Origin: Octopus sinensis
Taxonomy: Eukaryota
DNA: 64,000 nucleotides
Direction of reading: 5' to 3'
NCBI RefSeq assembly: GCF_006345805.1
Contig: NC_043010.1
Location: forward strand, 62,372,001-62,436,000
In this document: positions 1 through 12,055 of the stretch, in pieces
Layout of the letters: each line of letters begins with the position of its first letter
Position numbering within the stretch: position 1 is the stretch's first letter
Made by a program: the position numbers and the translations under genes
The notes under the pieces: generated by a model
Database searches by the model: none
Told to the model about the DNA's origin: nothing
The model's input: only the letters and a program-made list of their open reading frames with translations

Positions 1-276
1 GTAGACGGAAACTGAAAGAAGCATGTCATGTATGTGTGTATGTATATATATATACATATATGTATGTGTGTGTCTGTGTTTGTCCCCTCTAACATGGCTT
101 GACAACTGATGATGGTATGTTTACGTCCCTGTAACATAGCGGTTCGGCAAAAGAGACCAATAGAATAAGTACCAGGTTTACAAAGAATAAGTCCTGGGGT
201 TGGTTTGCTCGACTAAAGGCAGTGCTCCAGCATGGCCACAGTCAAATGACTGAAACAAGTAAAAGAGTAAAGAGTA
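1..276 (+). mobile_element. 3' part of tRNA-derived SINE family A (CORE-like; runs off window start)
   Basis: Matches the body and (AGAGTAAA)n tail of fuller copies at 6987-7374, 59845-60176 and 61922-62350. Confidence 0.85.
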
Positions 277-304
277 TACACATTTATATATATATATGTA
301 AATA

Positions 305-429
305 CATCATCTGCATCCTCATTTAACGCCTGCTTCCCAGGCTGGCATGGGTTGGATGATTTGACAGTCAGAAGACTGTAACAAGCTCTATTGCCTGCTG
401 TGGCATGGTTTCTACAGCTGGACGCTCTT
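305..429 (-). mobile_element. RTE-type 3' tail fragment with (GAT)n end
   Basis: Similar to the reverse complement of the 3' UTR end at 63260-63433 (…CCAGCTGTAGAAAC…GCATGGAAA…GTTAAATGATGATG). Confidence 0.7.
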
Positions 430-472
430 ACACACACACACACACACACAAATCACCAACAACATCATTTAA

Positions 473-648
473 TGTCCTTATATTTTCGAACAAGGGAATC
501 TAGCACCCCAATTCAGCTCAAAACAACATCGTGATTTCTGGGTTATTTCTCTTCAGAAAAATTATTTGGCTAGAGGTGGCGCTGCCAAATTCCCGTTTGA
601 AATATATTGTTTTTGAGCTAGATTCCCTTGTTCGAAAATATAAGGACA
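473..648. mobile_element. Small MITE-like element with perfect 32-bp terminal inverted repeats
   Basis: TGTCCTTATATTTTCGAACAAGGGAATCTAGC (473-504) is the exact reverse complement of 617-648. No clear target-site duplication (TSD). Confidence 0.7.
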
Positions 649-1210
649 AAGATCGTGTCGTATAGCCAGCTGGAGACGATGTCTCCTAGGGCTAAATTAC
701 AGCAACATTCGTCCTAAACCAGGACTGCCATGTTATGTTGGCAAACAATCTTTACTCCAAAGTACTGTTGCTGAATATCTCTTGTTGTGAGATTTTAAAA
801 AAACTAGTAATTTTCTAACATCATTTAGCATCCAACTTCCTTGATAAAATGGGTTGAATAACCTCGCAGCATCTAACACACCCGAAGACTGCATCATTTG
901 CAGTGTCTGCTTTGGCATAGATTCTGCTGCTGGATGCCTTTCAGGACATCAACCACTTCACAGTGTTTACTGAGAGCATTTGTTTTTTGTTTTTGTGGAT
1001 CTCATGAAGTTGCCATGCAGCTTGCAAAACTAAACATTCCTTTCAATTACTGAAGAAAGGAAAGGGATTTGATGTTGTAGGACAAGTGTTCAACCCTTTA
1101 GCATTTAAACTGGCAACATTCGGCCCTAATGTTTTATTTGATTTATGTTCAAACTGACCAAATCTATTATTTACATTTGACGGATATTTGTCCTCATCTT
1201 GTTTGTTGTT

Positions 1211-1256
1211 AACACAACGTTTCGGCTGATATACCCTCCAGCCTTCATCAGGTGTC
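1211..1256 (-). ncRNA. Minimal type I hammerhead ribozyme motif (family 1, core intact with one extra A)
   Basis: The minus strand reads GACAC-CTGATGA-A-GGCTG-(10 nt)-CAGCC-GAAA-CG-T-T-GTGTT. Helix I is GACAC/GTGTT, helix II is GGCTG/CAGCC, helix III is the palindrome AACGTT, and the predicted cleavage triplet is GUU. Confidence 0.7.
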
Positions 1257-1376
1257 TTGGGGAAATTTCGAACCTGGGTTCTCATTCTTAAGGTATTTTA
1301 TTGATGTTATTATTATTGTTATTATAGCATTGAAAAATACCTTAGGAATGAGAACCCAGGTTCGAAATTTCCCCAA

Positions 1377-1422
1377 GACACCTGATGAAGGCTGGAGGGT
1401 ATATCAGCCGAAATGTTGTGTT
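1377..1422 (+). ncRNA. Mirror hammerhead motif (family 1), helix III altered (GAAATGTT)
   Basis: GACAC-CTGATGA-A-GGCTG…CAGCC-GAAA-TG-TT-GTGTT. A C>T change breaks the AACGTT palindrome. Confidence 0.55.
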
Positions 1423-2290
1423 AACAACAAACAAGATGAGGACAAATGTCCGTCAAATGTAAATAATGTAAATAATTCCTTATCTCTTAAATATAGAACT
1501 GTATGACCAGATCCAGTCCCTTACACCTATCCTACAATGTCATTCTAAAAACATATAATATATAATAACAGCTTTAAAATCTCAAAGCAATGAGGTAATG
1601 CACGATCAAGTCAAAACGGCATGAATAAATCAGGATACATTTGACAGAGATATCTGAATGATAAAGGGTTAAAGTGTGAGTGAAGGGGCCAGAACAGAAG
1701 GGGTTTCTTGCTGTAGATGGGTTACATGGCTATTCACATTATAAAAGATAGGGTAGAAGCAGCCAGGGTGGAGCAGGATAGACATACATATAGAGGGGAC
1801 ACGGTGTCAAGGTGGACCCTTAAAGTACAAGGTGAATAGAAATCAATGGAGCAAATGGAGGGAGAGAGTGTGGGGATTGGGGGTAGTTGAGGGGGTGACT
1901 ATAATGAATGAAGAATGAGTGTTGAAGGATAGATTTTTCTATTACCCACAAGGGGTCAATGAGTGTTGAAGGATGATAAGTAAACACTGGAGGAAAGGTA
2001 GGGAAGAGAAGAGATCAGCTGTAGGGACTGAGCAGGGCTGGGGAGTAGATGTGGTGAATGGTGAGAAAGGGGTGGGGTACAAGTCATCAATGGTACATGT
2101 AAGGTGGGAGAGATACATCGTGTATGGTGACAATTTGGTGCGGCTCTGGAGGGTGATCAATGTGAAATATGGGTGGAGAGAACAGTATTAAGAATGCAGG
2201 GATACACACACACAGTCATACACATATACATATACAAACATATATTTACACAGACACACTCACATGCACATATATGTGTGTGTGTGTGTC

Positions 2291-2657
2291 GAGGCGCAAT
2301 GGTCCAGTGGTTAGGACAGTGGACTCATGGTTTTGATTCCCAGACCGGATGTTGTGAGTGTTTATTGAGCGAAAACACCTAAAAGCTCCACGAGGCTCCG
2401 GTAGGAGGGGGGGGGCGAACCCTGCTGTACTCTTTCACCACAACTTTCTCTCACTCTTTCTTCCTGTTTTTGTTGTATCTGTATTTCAAAGGGGCCAGCC
2501 TTGTCACACTCTGGGTCATGCCGAATCTCCCCGAGAACTACGTTAAGAGTACATGTGTCTGTGGAGTGCTCAGCCACATGCAAATTAATTTCACGAGCAG
2601 GCTGTTCCGTTGACCGGATCAACTGGAACCCTCGTCGTCGTCAACGACGGAGTACCA
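2291..2657 (+). mobile_element. tRNA-derived SINE family C (head variant 1)
   Basis: A-box-like TGGTCCAGTGG and degenerate B-box GGTTTTGATTCC. Body and 3' end (…GGAACCCTCGTCGTCGTCAACGACGGAGTACCA) are shared with 38223-38541. Confidence 0.75.
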
Positions 2658-2678
2658 CGAATATATATGACAACACAC

Positions 2679-2747
<69 letters not shown>

Positions 2748-3389
2748 CTAAAAATACTAAAAATTCTATTTCTACCGAAAATTCTGTATTCCAAAGATCT
2801 GTGTATGTATGAAAGTTTCACGAATGTCACAGTCACAAGTAACGAAAACTTATTTGGGGAAAAGCTGAAAGCGACCGACAGGGAATGGTCGACTAGGTTC
2901 CTAAGTGTACCAAGTTCTGTAAAACTGTCAGACAGCTGTACAAAGAACATACACACACCATATATACAGACACATACATGTTCGTGGGTTGGAAGAGAAA
3001 CAAGATTATCCTCTGAAATCAATAAGATCGCCGCCAGACTATTATTATTACAGAAGAGGCTGTCTGTGATTAAACATGGTAACTCTGGTCCTGCAAGTTT
3101 TATCTCGCTGGTGTTTCGGCTTTCTTTAAATTAAAAGCAATACATTTTAAAGATAAAGGCGACAGAAAAAGAGGATCGAGAGAGAGAGGAAACAGTGAGA
3201 AATTATAGAAAAAGATTAATTTTTTAAAAAATCTCACATTTCCTTGAAGTCTGTGGAGAAATATTCTGAGAGGAAGAAGTGCAAAGGTGAAAGAATTTCC
3301 ATCAATATTTATTAAGTTATCTCCCCCTGAATGAAGAGCTGCCTTACATACACACCCACACACATAAACACACACACACACACACGCGA

Positions 3390-3830
3390 CTATCAACACA
3401 TTCATAGACGTACACACCCACACATACACATAAACACACGCACTCACACACCATTATCAACACATTCATACACGTACACACCCACGCATGCACACGATTA
3501 TTAACACATTCATACACGTACACACACGCGCGCGTGCATATATACTAATAAACACACACACACACGTACACTGATTGATACACACACTTATTAGCACGCA
3601 TATATACTTACTAATACAGACATACTTATTAACGTACACACACCCTTATTAATACCCATTTCTTAACTACCCACAAGGGGCTAAACACAGAAGGGGAACG
3701 CTTATTAATACAGAAACCTTTATTAGCAAGCATACACATATATACTTGTTAACGCAAACACATACTTATTAATACACACACACACACTTATTAATACACA
3801 CACACACACTTATTAATACACACACACACA
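3390..3830. repeat. Degenerate CA-based minisatellites (TATCAACACATTCATACACGTACACACC x3; CTTATTAATACACACACACACA-like units)
   Basis: Direct tandem units visible in the sequence. Confidence 0.75.
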
Positions 3831-4431
3831 CGTACTTACAGACGGTTACGCGTTTATTATTTTGCCCGAAATAAACCATGGTCGAGCTGTTATGTTCAAA
3901 AGCATCCAGCTGTGGCCATCCAACCCAGTTTCGAAGACTGCATTATTCGCTGTCCTTCAGTTTTAAGACGGCGGTGTGTGATGTGAGGAAGATTTGACTG
4001 TTATCCCTAGTGTGTTGTCAGATCCACGCGTATGCGCTCATGGTGTGTTCAGCTCTGATCGAGCGAACCAAGGGCTAAAGGAATTCCAAACACGACCACG
4101 ACCTCGTCTTCTTGTATAGCTAAAAGTACATTGCTAACGTTTCCTTTCTTTTTCAAGACGGTAGTGGAGCGGACCATAAAGTTCTGTGTCAGTAACTGTG
4201 ACTGCATGTGTGTGTGTGTGTCAAGTGGTTAAAGTTACCCACGAAACCATGGCTCTATGGTTCAATATTCGTTTAAACTATTTCGTAATATTTTACAAGA
4301 AATTCCCGGCGCCAGTCAACTGTTTACGAAGTCACTGCTATCATAATAGGTACTGACTTAACACCAAAAGCTCTCGATTTCAAATATAGGCCCAGTGCGA
4401 CAAATTCGGCGGAGTTTTGGAATACCACATG

Positions 4432-4533
4432 GAACTCGTGATGAGAATGTGGCAGGAAAGAATCGAAAGACGGATCCTTGCAGCCGAGCCAACTGGCAAG
4501 AAAGAGATCTAGGGGCAGACCAACAAAGAGATG
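4432..4533 (+). pseudogene. RTE-clade LINE ORF C-terminal fossil
   Basis: Translates to ELVMRMWQERIERRILAAEPTGK, then after a frameshift KRSRGRPTKR. This resembles the RTE C-terminal motif (HV.RM…G.R.RGRP..RW). Confidence 0.6.
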
Positions 4534-4550
4534 TTCATAGTCTCAGTTTA

Positions 4551-4745
4551 GTATGCGTGGGGAAATGCTGAACGGCATTCCGTCCATCTTTACATTCTGA
4601 GTTCGAATTCCGACGAGGTCGACTTTACTCTTCATCCTTTCGGGGTCGATAAAATAAGTAACAGTTGAGCACTGAGGTCGATGGAATCGACTTACCCCGT
4701 CCCCCGAAATTGCTAGCCTCGTGCCCAAAACTTGGAACCAGTATT
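4551..4745 (+). mobile_element. SINE family B copy with alternative 3' tail
   Basis: B-box GAGTTCGAATTCC and central GGTCGACTTT…CATCCTTTCGGGGTCGATAAAATAAGTA domain. The tail …CCCCCGAAATTGCTAGCCTCGTGCC… differs from the AAGAAATA-type tail. Confidence 0.75.
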
Positions 4746-5429
4746 CATAATCTGAAATGGTCACATTTAAGAATTCATCTTCTGATAGGAACTAGTGGAG
4801 GAGGTCAGCTGAAGATTTGCTCTCCCGGCCGTCCCAGGAATAGTGGGGGTGAGTAAACATGGATGGACCACAAGAGAAAGGAAAAGGACACGGAATTATG
4901 GAAGAAGGGATGTGCAAAATAACTTAATTTTTTTTTGGGGGGGGGGGGAGTTCTTTCAGAATCATAATTGCCGTTGTATGAAAGGCAGAAATACTTAAAG
5001 AAAAAAAGAAAGGGGAAAGAAAAAAGCAGAGGATTGCAGTAAAAGTGTAAAATATCGAAATATTTTATAACAAATTCTGCCCTTTCCTCCACATGAGATG
5101 GTAGAATGATAATTATTCAAAACTTCCCCACAAATTATTTTATTTTAGGGAGTTGGATTGAGAGAGTTGGTTATATCAACCCTGAAATGATGCCAGGTTA
5201 TATTACTGGCTTTTTAGCCATTCGATAAATAGAGAATGATAAAGTGTTGGAGTCGATATGTTGTTCATCCAAAAGCCGTGGAAAGTACTGCCTTAGCATG
5301 GCCGCAGTCCAATGACTGCGTACAAAGGCCATCATTGAAATATTAATTTCTAACATGTTGGAGAGAAGCACAGGGAAGATAAAATTAGCCCCGGTGGGGT
5401 TTGATTTCAGAACGGCACGAAATTGTATC

Positions 5430-5770
5430 AGTGATTAGACTGCACCCATACCGGGGCACCGCCTTGAAGGGTTTTTGTCGAACAAATCGACTCCTGTAGT
5501 TATTTTAAAAACCTGATACTTATTCTGTCAGTCTCTCTTGCTGAACCGCTAAGTTATGGCACGTAAACAAACCAGCACTGGTTGTCAAGCAGTGGTGGGG
5601 GACAAACACACAGGTATTACATACGACGGGCTTCTTTCAGTTTTCGTCAACCAAATCCACCCCCAAGACTTTGGTCGGTCCGGGGGACTATAGTAAGAGG
5701 CACTTGCCCAAGGTGCCATGCAGTTGGACTGAACCCGGAACCATGTGGTTTGGAAACAAACTTCTTACCT
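5430..5770 (-). mobile_element. SINE family A, diverged copy
   Basis: Reverse complement of the family A head and body (CACTTGCCCAAGGTGCCA…ACTGAACCCGGAACCATGTGG). Confidence 0.8.
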
Positions 5771-6986
5771 GGTCAGATTAGTGTGAAAAAGTTCAAATTG
5801 GAGAGAGTTCAGGGCTCCGCTCCCAGTTGGTGGGATCTTACCATCTTTATAGGTTATGGAACTGTAATGCAGTCGGCCCCACAGAATGCCTCCCTACATT
5901 CCTATCAGTACCTAAACTGCCAAATATCATTGTTTTGCGATCAAATCCTAACGGAATACGGTCTCGCCATCACAAAATACTACAATGCGATATTTATTCA
6001 TCAATATGTTTAAAGTTTAATTTGTTTAAAGGGCGGTGTAAAGGGCTTTTTAGGAATATTACACTAATCCTAGTAATTGACTGGTGACTTAAGTTACCCA
6101 CCTCGAAAGGACGAAAAGCAAAGTTGACCTCAGTGGAATTTGAACACAAAACAAAAGGGCCCCGTGTGAATACCACAAGGCTTTTTATCAGACAATTGTA
6201 ACAATTTTGACATGTTCTGTGACTACTAAATATACGATCAGTTGTGAAAAGAAGTTCACAAAGGTAAGTTTAATGAATATACGTTCAACTTCACAGAGTA
6301 GACACCGTACTAGGTTATCCAGAGGGCCTTACTTTCTTTCTCTGCAGGACGAAGCTGACAATAAGCTCCTCACTAGTCTGGACTGGTTATTCATACAAGG
6401 AATGTCTACTAATATTCGTCCTACACCGACAGCCAAGCCGCTTTCAGCTTAGGAAGAAATGCAACGAGTAACAGGCGCCGATTTTTTTCGTTTGTAATTC
6501 GGTAGATACACCATGAAAGTGTATAATCTTCACAAACTGCTATCTCATATATTTTATTGCAAGTTTATGACACCAAACATGAGTGTAGGGGTAGTAGGTA
6601 CACACACTCAAAAGGATTAAAAATAAAGCAATTTAATTTAAAATGCATAAAAAGTTGCGTGTGTGTACATGAGTTATATGTCGGTCAAGAGAGAGGGAGA
6701 AAGGGTGAGATGTGCAGAAAGTGGGAGGAGTAGGATGTGGATAGGGTATTAGAGAGTGGAGGGGGGCAAAAAGAATAAGGGGAGGCAGAGGGAGGTACCT
6801 GGAGGGGAGGGGTAATAAGGAAAGACAGATAAACGGGAGATATATAAACACCCATTATCTACCTACCTACCTACACAGATATCTATCTATCTATCTATCC
6901 CCTCCTCTCTCTCTCTCTCTCTCTCTCTCTTCTACATGTGTGTGAGTGCGTATGAGAAAGACGTGGAAGGGGAGCAAAGTTATTGT

Positions 6987-7184
6987 TACTCTTTTACTTG
7001 TTTCAGTCATTTGGCTGCGGCCATGCTGGAGCACCGCCTTGAGTCGGGCAAATCGATCCCAGGACTTATTCTTTGGAAGCCTAGTACTTATTCTATCGGT
7101 GTCTTTGGCCGAACCGCTAGGTGACGGGGACGTAAACACACCACCATCGGTTGTCAAGCGATGTTGGGGGGACAAACACAGATG

Positions 7185-7218
<34 letters not shown>

Positions 7219-7374
7219 CTATGGGCTTCTTTTAGTTTCCGTCTACCAAATCCACTCACAAGGCTTTGGTCAGCCTGAGGCTATAGTAGAAGACACTTGC
7301 CCAAGGTGCCACGCAGTGGGACTGAACCCGGAACCGTGTGTCTGGTAAGCAAACTACTTACCACACAGCCACTC
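6987..7374 (-). mobile_element. SINE family A, full length
   Basis: The minus strand begins GAGTGGCTGTGTGGTAAG (A box TGGCTGTGTGG) with B box GGTTCAGTCCC, then CCTTGGGCAAGTG CORE-like motif, internal TA/TG microsatellite and AAAAGAGTA tail. Confidence 0.9.
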
Positions 7375-7391
7375 ATATTTAACTTATGCTT

Positions 7392-7718
7392 CAGGCATTG
7401 GCTTGCGGCCATGCTGGGGCAGTGCCCTCAAGGGTTTGATCGAACGGTTCGAATTCAGTATTTATTTTTCTTAAAAGTTTGCTACTTATTCTATCGATCA
7501 GTTTTGCCGAACCGCAAAGTTACGGGGGACGTCAAGCGGTGGTGACACGCACACACACACACACATACACCCAGCTTGCTTCAGTTTCCGTCTACGAAAT
7601 CCACCCCCAAGGGGCTTTGATCAGCTCGAGGCTATAGAAAACACTTGCCCGAGGTGCCACGCAGTGGAACTGAACTCGAAACCATTTAAACGGGAAGCAA
7701 ACTTCTTACCACACGGCA
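7392..7718 (-). mobile_element. SINE family A, second adjacent diverged copy
   Basis: Same modules as 6987-7374 with more substitutions. Confidence 0.75.
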
Positions 7719-8796
7719 TACACACATCTGAATGTTGTTCTTCTGGTTTGGTGGAGTCGCTGCAGTTCATTACTGAACCCTCGCACATCGTTTTCGACGG
7801 GCAATCTCCCATCATACACATGTGTGTGTGTATAAACGGAATTCCCTGTCTTTATCATAAAAGTTGTGAATCGTATATTTCTTAATCATTTAGTGTGTGT
7901 TTATTTCGGTTGGGACTATTCACTACGTATACAAAGACACAAACGTGTGTGTGTGTGTGTGTGTGCGAGAGAGCGCGCAAAAGGTTGAAAATTTGCTTTG
8001 AAGAATATCGGTGGAAAAAGTATGAATTAGAGTTGTGCTGGGTTGTTAGTGATGGTGTTCCTCATTTACTTGAGGTTTTCTTTTTTCAAATATTTGCTAG
8101 GTTTACAAAAAGGGCCAGAGTCCACGGCCTTCAAAGAGCTGAGAATTTCGTGTCTTTACTCTAGATGCTATTAGATCCCAATTTAGTCCATGTTTACTCC
8201 CACCAAATACAAATCCTCTGAAACAAGTGATGTTCTTTCTTTTACCATTTAGAAACATTAGCAAACAACAAGCAAACAGCCTTGCGTGTTTTTAAAAGTC
8301 CCTCCACCCTTTGAGTGATCCAGTCCACCAAAAGCTAAACATGAGACTTGATTGCTACAGAATTAGCATTTAAGGAAAACCCATGACAAAACCAGAAGAT
8401 CCTCACTACCCGTAATCAAGAATAAAGTTTCAGAGGTTGTAACTGTTGACTTAAGAAGTGCCCCACTTTGTAGTTCTAGGCCTTTGTTTTTACAGTATTG
8501 ATTATTTGTCCTGTTTCACATCAAGGTGAGGTTTATTTACTGAGGAGCCATGCGTCTGATAAACTGCCATATTTGCAAATAAATGCCCCATTCTTCAAAA
8601 TAACCAACCCATGAATGGTCAGAGACCTATTTTCCTAAACAGGTGCTAAATTTGCTCCAAGTTTGAGTCATATACATCACAAATACATTCTTCTGGACTG
8701 TACATTATGAACATGATGTATAGCCTTCGGTCTCAACTAGTTGCTCACGACAGGAACACCCGAGAAATATCGAATTAGGACAATTACGATCTGTGA

Positions 8797-9038
8797 CAAT
8801 GGTTTTCAACCAGGATCCGGATGGCTCTTGGTAAGATTTCGTTGAATCTATGTGCAATAAATTAGTCATACTTCTACGATACACAAAATATTTTAACAAT
8901 TCTTTTATACAATTCCTAATAATATTTTATTATAAAAATATAATGGGATCTTTTTAAACACCGAATAGTTGTGAGAATCTACCTGAGTAAATTAGTAATC
9001 AAAGGGGTGCATAAACAAAAACTGGTTGAGAACCACAG
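8797..9038. mobile_element. hAT (Charlie-like) MITE
   Basis: TIRs CAATGGTTTTCAACC … GGTTGAGAACCACAG. 8-bp flanks ATCTGTGA / ATCTATGC match at 6/8. Related to 53040-53346 and 59002-59296. Confidence 0.7.
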
Positions 9039-10939
9039 ATCTATGCAAAGGTAGATTGAGACGAAATATTCAGCCGGTCACTCTTTCCCATAAACTTGTT
9101 CGATCAACCGAATTACCCGCTCCTGAATTAACATTCAAATGACTGAATATTCCACAAATAACCTTCAAATAATTCTCAGGGAGAACCAGCGTGATACAAT
9201 GCATGACAAGGCTATGCCTCTTTGAATTACAGGTACAATCCAACCGATAAGAGAGTTTCCGTCAACTCAAAGCTTTAAAAAAAATGACATTTGCCCAAGA
9301 TACAAAATAGCAGGATCGAACCCGAGATCCCGTGCTTGCGAAGTTAACTTCTCAACCATTCGACCTACAAGAAGTTCCACATTGACAGATGGATTATGTC
9401 AACGAGAAGCTTCTTGGGAAAAGGGTCAGTTTTCATCTGAAGCCTCATCGATGTTTTAAGTGAACGTGAGACAAGAGATGGCAGAAGTCCCAGTCAGCGA
9501 CTGCAATGCAGGAAAAACATTCACAGCTAGTGTGACTAATTCAGATCTGCCAACATTAAATGAGGGAGTCTGTACGTGGTCGAGAGACCTGCTTCCAATA
9601 GCAGTCAAATCTCCCCTAGAACGGCCTTAAAAAAAAAAGACATTGTTATAACACAGTCCAGTGTACACTATTCCTTGGGGTTGAGGAAAAGGGTGTGATG
9701 GTTACAATTTGAATGGGTTTTTTTTTTATCAGAGTCGACAGGGGGCTCGTTTAGCTTCGCCTCACGTCTTCCAACTGACAGTAGGAGAGACGCCCTATTA
9801 TGTTGCAAGGACCAGATATCGAAATATTGATGAGCTGTGTGATAAAATAATGAGGTTTCGTTAGCATGGCCAACACGGATGATGAGTGTTTTCCTTCACT
9901 TAAAATACAAACAGCCTCAGCAAATGGTTCGACGACCTCCCAAAATGTTGCAAACTAATTGAATATTGTGGATTAATTCTCCTCTCCACCATCAGGTTTT
10001 GGTGTTTCTTCAGGCACGGCAATCTAACAAGCTGAACGTCTTTAAACCAAGAGAAACGAGTTTTTATCACACTAAGGTCCATCTTTTCATTATCCACTTC
10101 TCTCTCACTTTGTCCGTCTCTTTATTAAAATCTTTTTCTATCCATCTCCCGCCATCCACTTTATTTTAAATCTTCCACTCTCTTGAAAACATTCGTCTGG
10201 TCAACCCCACATGGCTGAACTTTGTTACTTACCCCCAGCAGAATCACAAAACGGGTGACCTTTTAAACATTTAAGGGTACTACTCGTGAGAGGTATGTGT
10301 ATATATACATATATATAAATTACGCGCTTAAGCATGTAATAAGAACACAAACACTGAATGTAATGTGCAAGAAATCCTGTCCAGAATTATTTTCAAATAT
10401 TTTCCTCAACTCACAGACAATCACATAGGTGTTTCCGCACACCCACAGAAGACAAGTGTGTGTGTGTGTGTGTGGCAGTAAAGAGAGAAAGGCTTGTGTG
10501 TATGTCCATGCGAAGAGACATAAGTATGTGTACGGTCGCGCGGCCATGTGTGTGTGTGTGTGTTGTGAATGTGTGTGGATGTGTCAGATGTCAGACTGCA
10601 TGGTTGTATTGTTAAAAGTACTATAAATTATAGTCGACTGCAGGTGGAAGCAGGCGGTACAGGGAGACACAATTACGGCCGGCTACTGGCACACACACAC
10701 AATATATACACACAAGCTTAGATTTTTTTTTAAAGTATGCATACATACATACACACATGTGTACGTAACCACACATTTGGATTACATACGTGTATGGATA
10801 TATATATGATAATACATAGGTATATCCACACATACATGTACACATACACACACACATAGGATAGCCACTGAATATATATTATACAGCCACACAAATACAT
10901 ATAACCATATATATATATATATATATATATATAGATAGA

Positions 10940-10970
<31 letters not shown>

Positions 10971-11252
10971 GATAGATAGATAGAGAGCTAGAGAGAGAGA
11001 GAGAGACAGACAGATACATACATACATACGACTGTGTGTGTGTGTGTAGTTGTAATGAGTGATGTGGTGTGATGGGGCAGAGTAGGTGGTAGTAATTAAA
11101 AGTCATCCAGACGGTATTGAAGCAAGCGACAGCTCATTAGAGGAACAAACATGCCAACGTCGGAGACAGAGTGACACAGGGAAGGACAGACAGATTGACA
11201 GACAAATGGATAGACTGATTGACTAATAAATTTATATTTATATATACATATA

Positions 11253-11284
<32 letters not shown>

Positions 11285-11612
11285 GGCAGACAGTTATACA
11301 GACATAATAGAATAATTGATAGAAAAGAAACAAGGAGAAAGTCAGACACACACACACATATAACTATATGCATACACACACACACGCATAAATATACACA
11401 TATATATACCTACACACACACACATATATATATATACATTTAGAGAGAGAGAGAGGAGAGAAAGAGAGGGTGACTTTTGCCATGGTGCCGTTCCCATAGC
11501 TATTTCCATGGAGAAGGGAACCTGCCATTCAACGGGCGAATAGCCGATTATATGAATCGACCGTTGAAAATTTGAAAGGGGCAACTCACTAGATGAACAT
11601 CGTATATACATA

Positions 11613-11661
<49 letters not shown>

Positions 11662-11663
<2 letters not shown>

Positions 11664-11769
11664 GTGTGTGTGTCCATGTGTTTATATACTAATAAATATA
11701 TGTGGACTTACACATAGAAGCACCTACGTTGTGTGCAAAAAGTTTAATACAACACTATATATGTGTATG

Positions 11770-11811
<42 letters not shown>

Positions 11812-11994
11812 ATATATATGGGCGTAGAAATATGATAATATAAAGACCTAATCAGATATATATGTAGTGTTTACGCTGCGTATTTTACATACATAGATTG
11901 GCCTTAGTCGTGATGGTTATATAGCTGTGTATATAAGTATGTATGTATAAACGTACGTACGTGTGTATTATATGTCTGTACGTACGTATGTGAG

Positions 11995-12055
<61 letters not shown>

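Larger units (their letters stand above)
1166..1503. mobile_element. Penelope-like non-autonomous palindromic element (family 1) with a hammerhead motif in each arm
   Basis: About 140-bp inverted arms (1166-~1306 and ~1328-1467), a (TTA)n loop and a one-sided 3' extension to 1503. Flanked by TGACCAAATC (1155-1164) and TGACCAGATC (1504-1513). Second copy at 22866-23370. Confidence 0.75.
1094..1668. mobile_element. piggyBac-type MITE interrupted by a Penelope-like palindrome
   Basis: Ends TCAA|CCCTTTAGCATT … AATGATAAAGGG|TTAA. CCC/GGG termini and a TTAA target are piggyBac hallmarks. Confidence 0.6.

Noticed and set aside
566-584. CTCF-like AGAGGTGGCGCTG
   Set aside because: The 5' half of the CTCF consensus is missing and the motif lies inside a MITE.
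6328-6452. Strong acceptor (…TTCTCTGCAG at 6347) followed by DEADNKLLTSLDWLF, reminiscent of the FoxJ N-terminal LTS.DWL motif
   Set aside because: There is no credible donor before the stop at 6450 and no forkhead exon was found in the window. A 7-aa resemblance can arise by chance.
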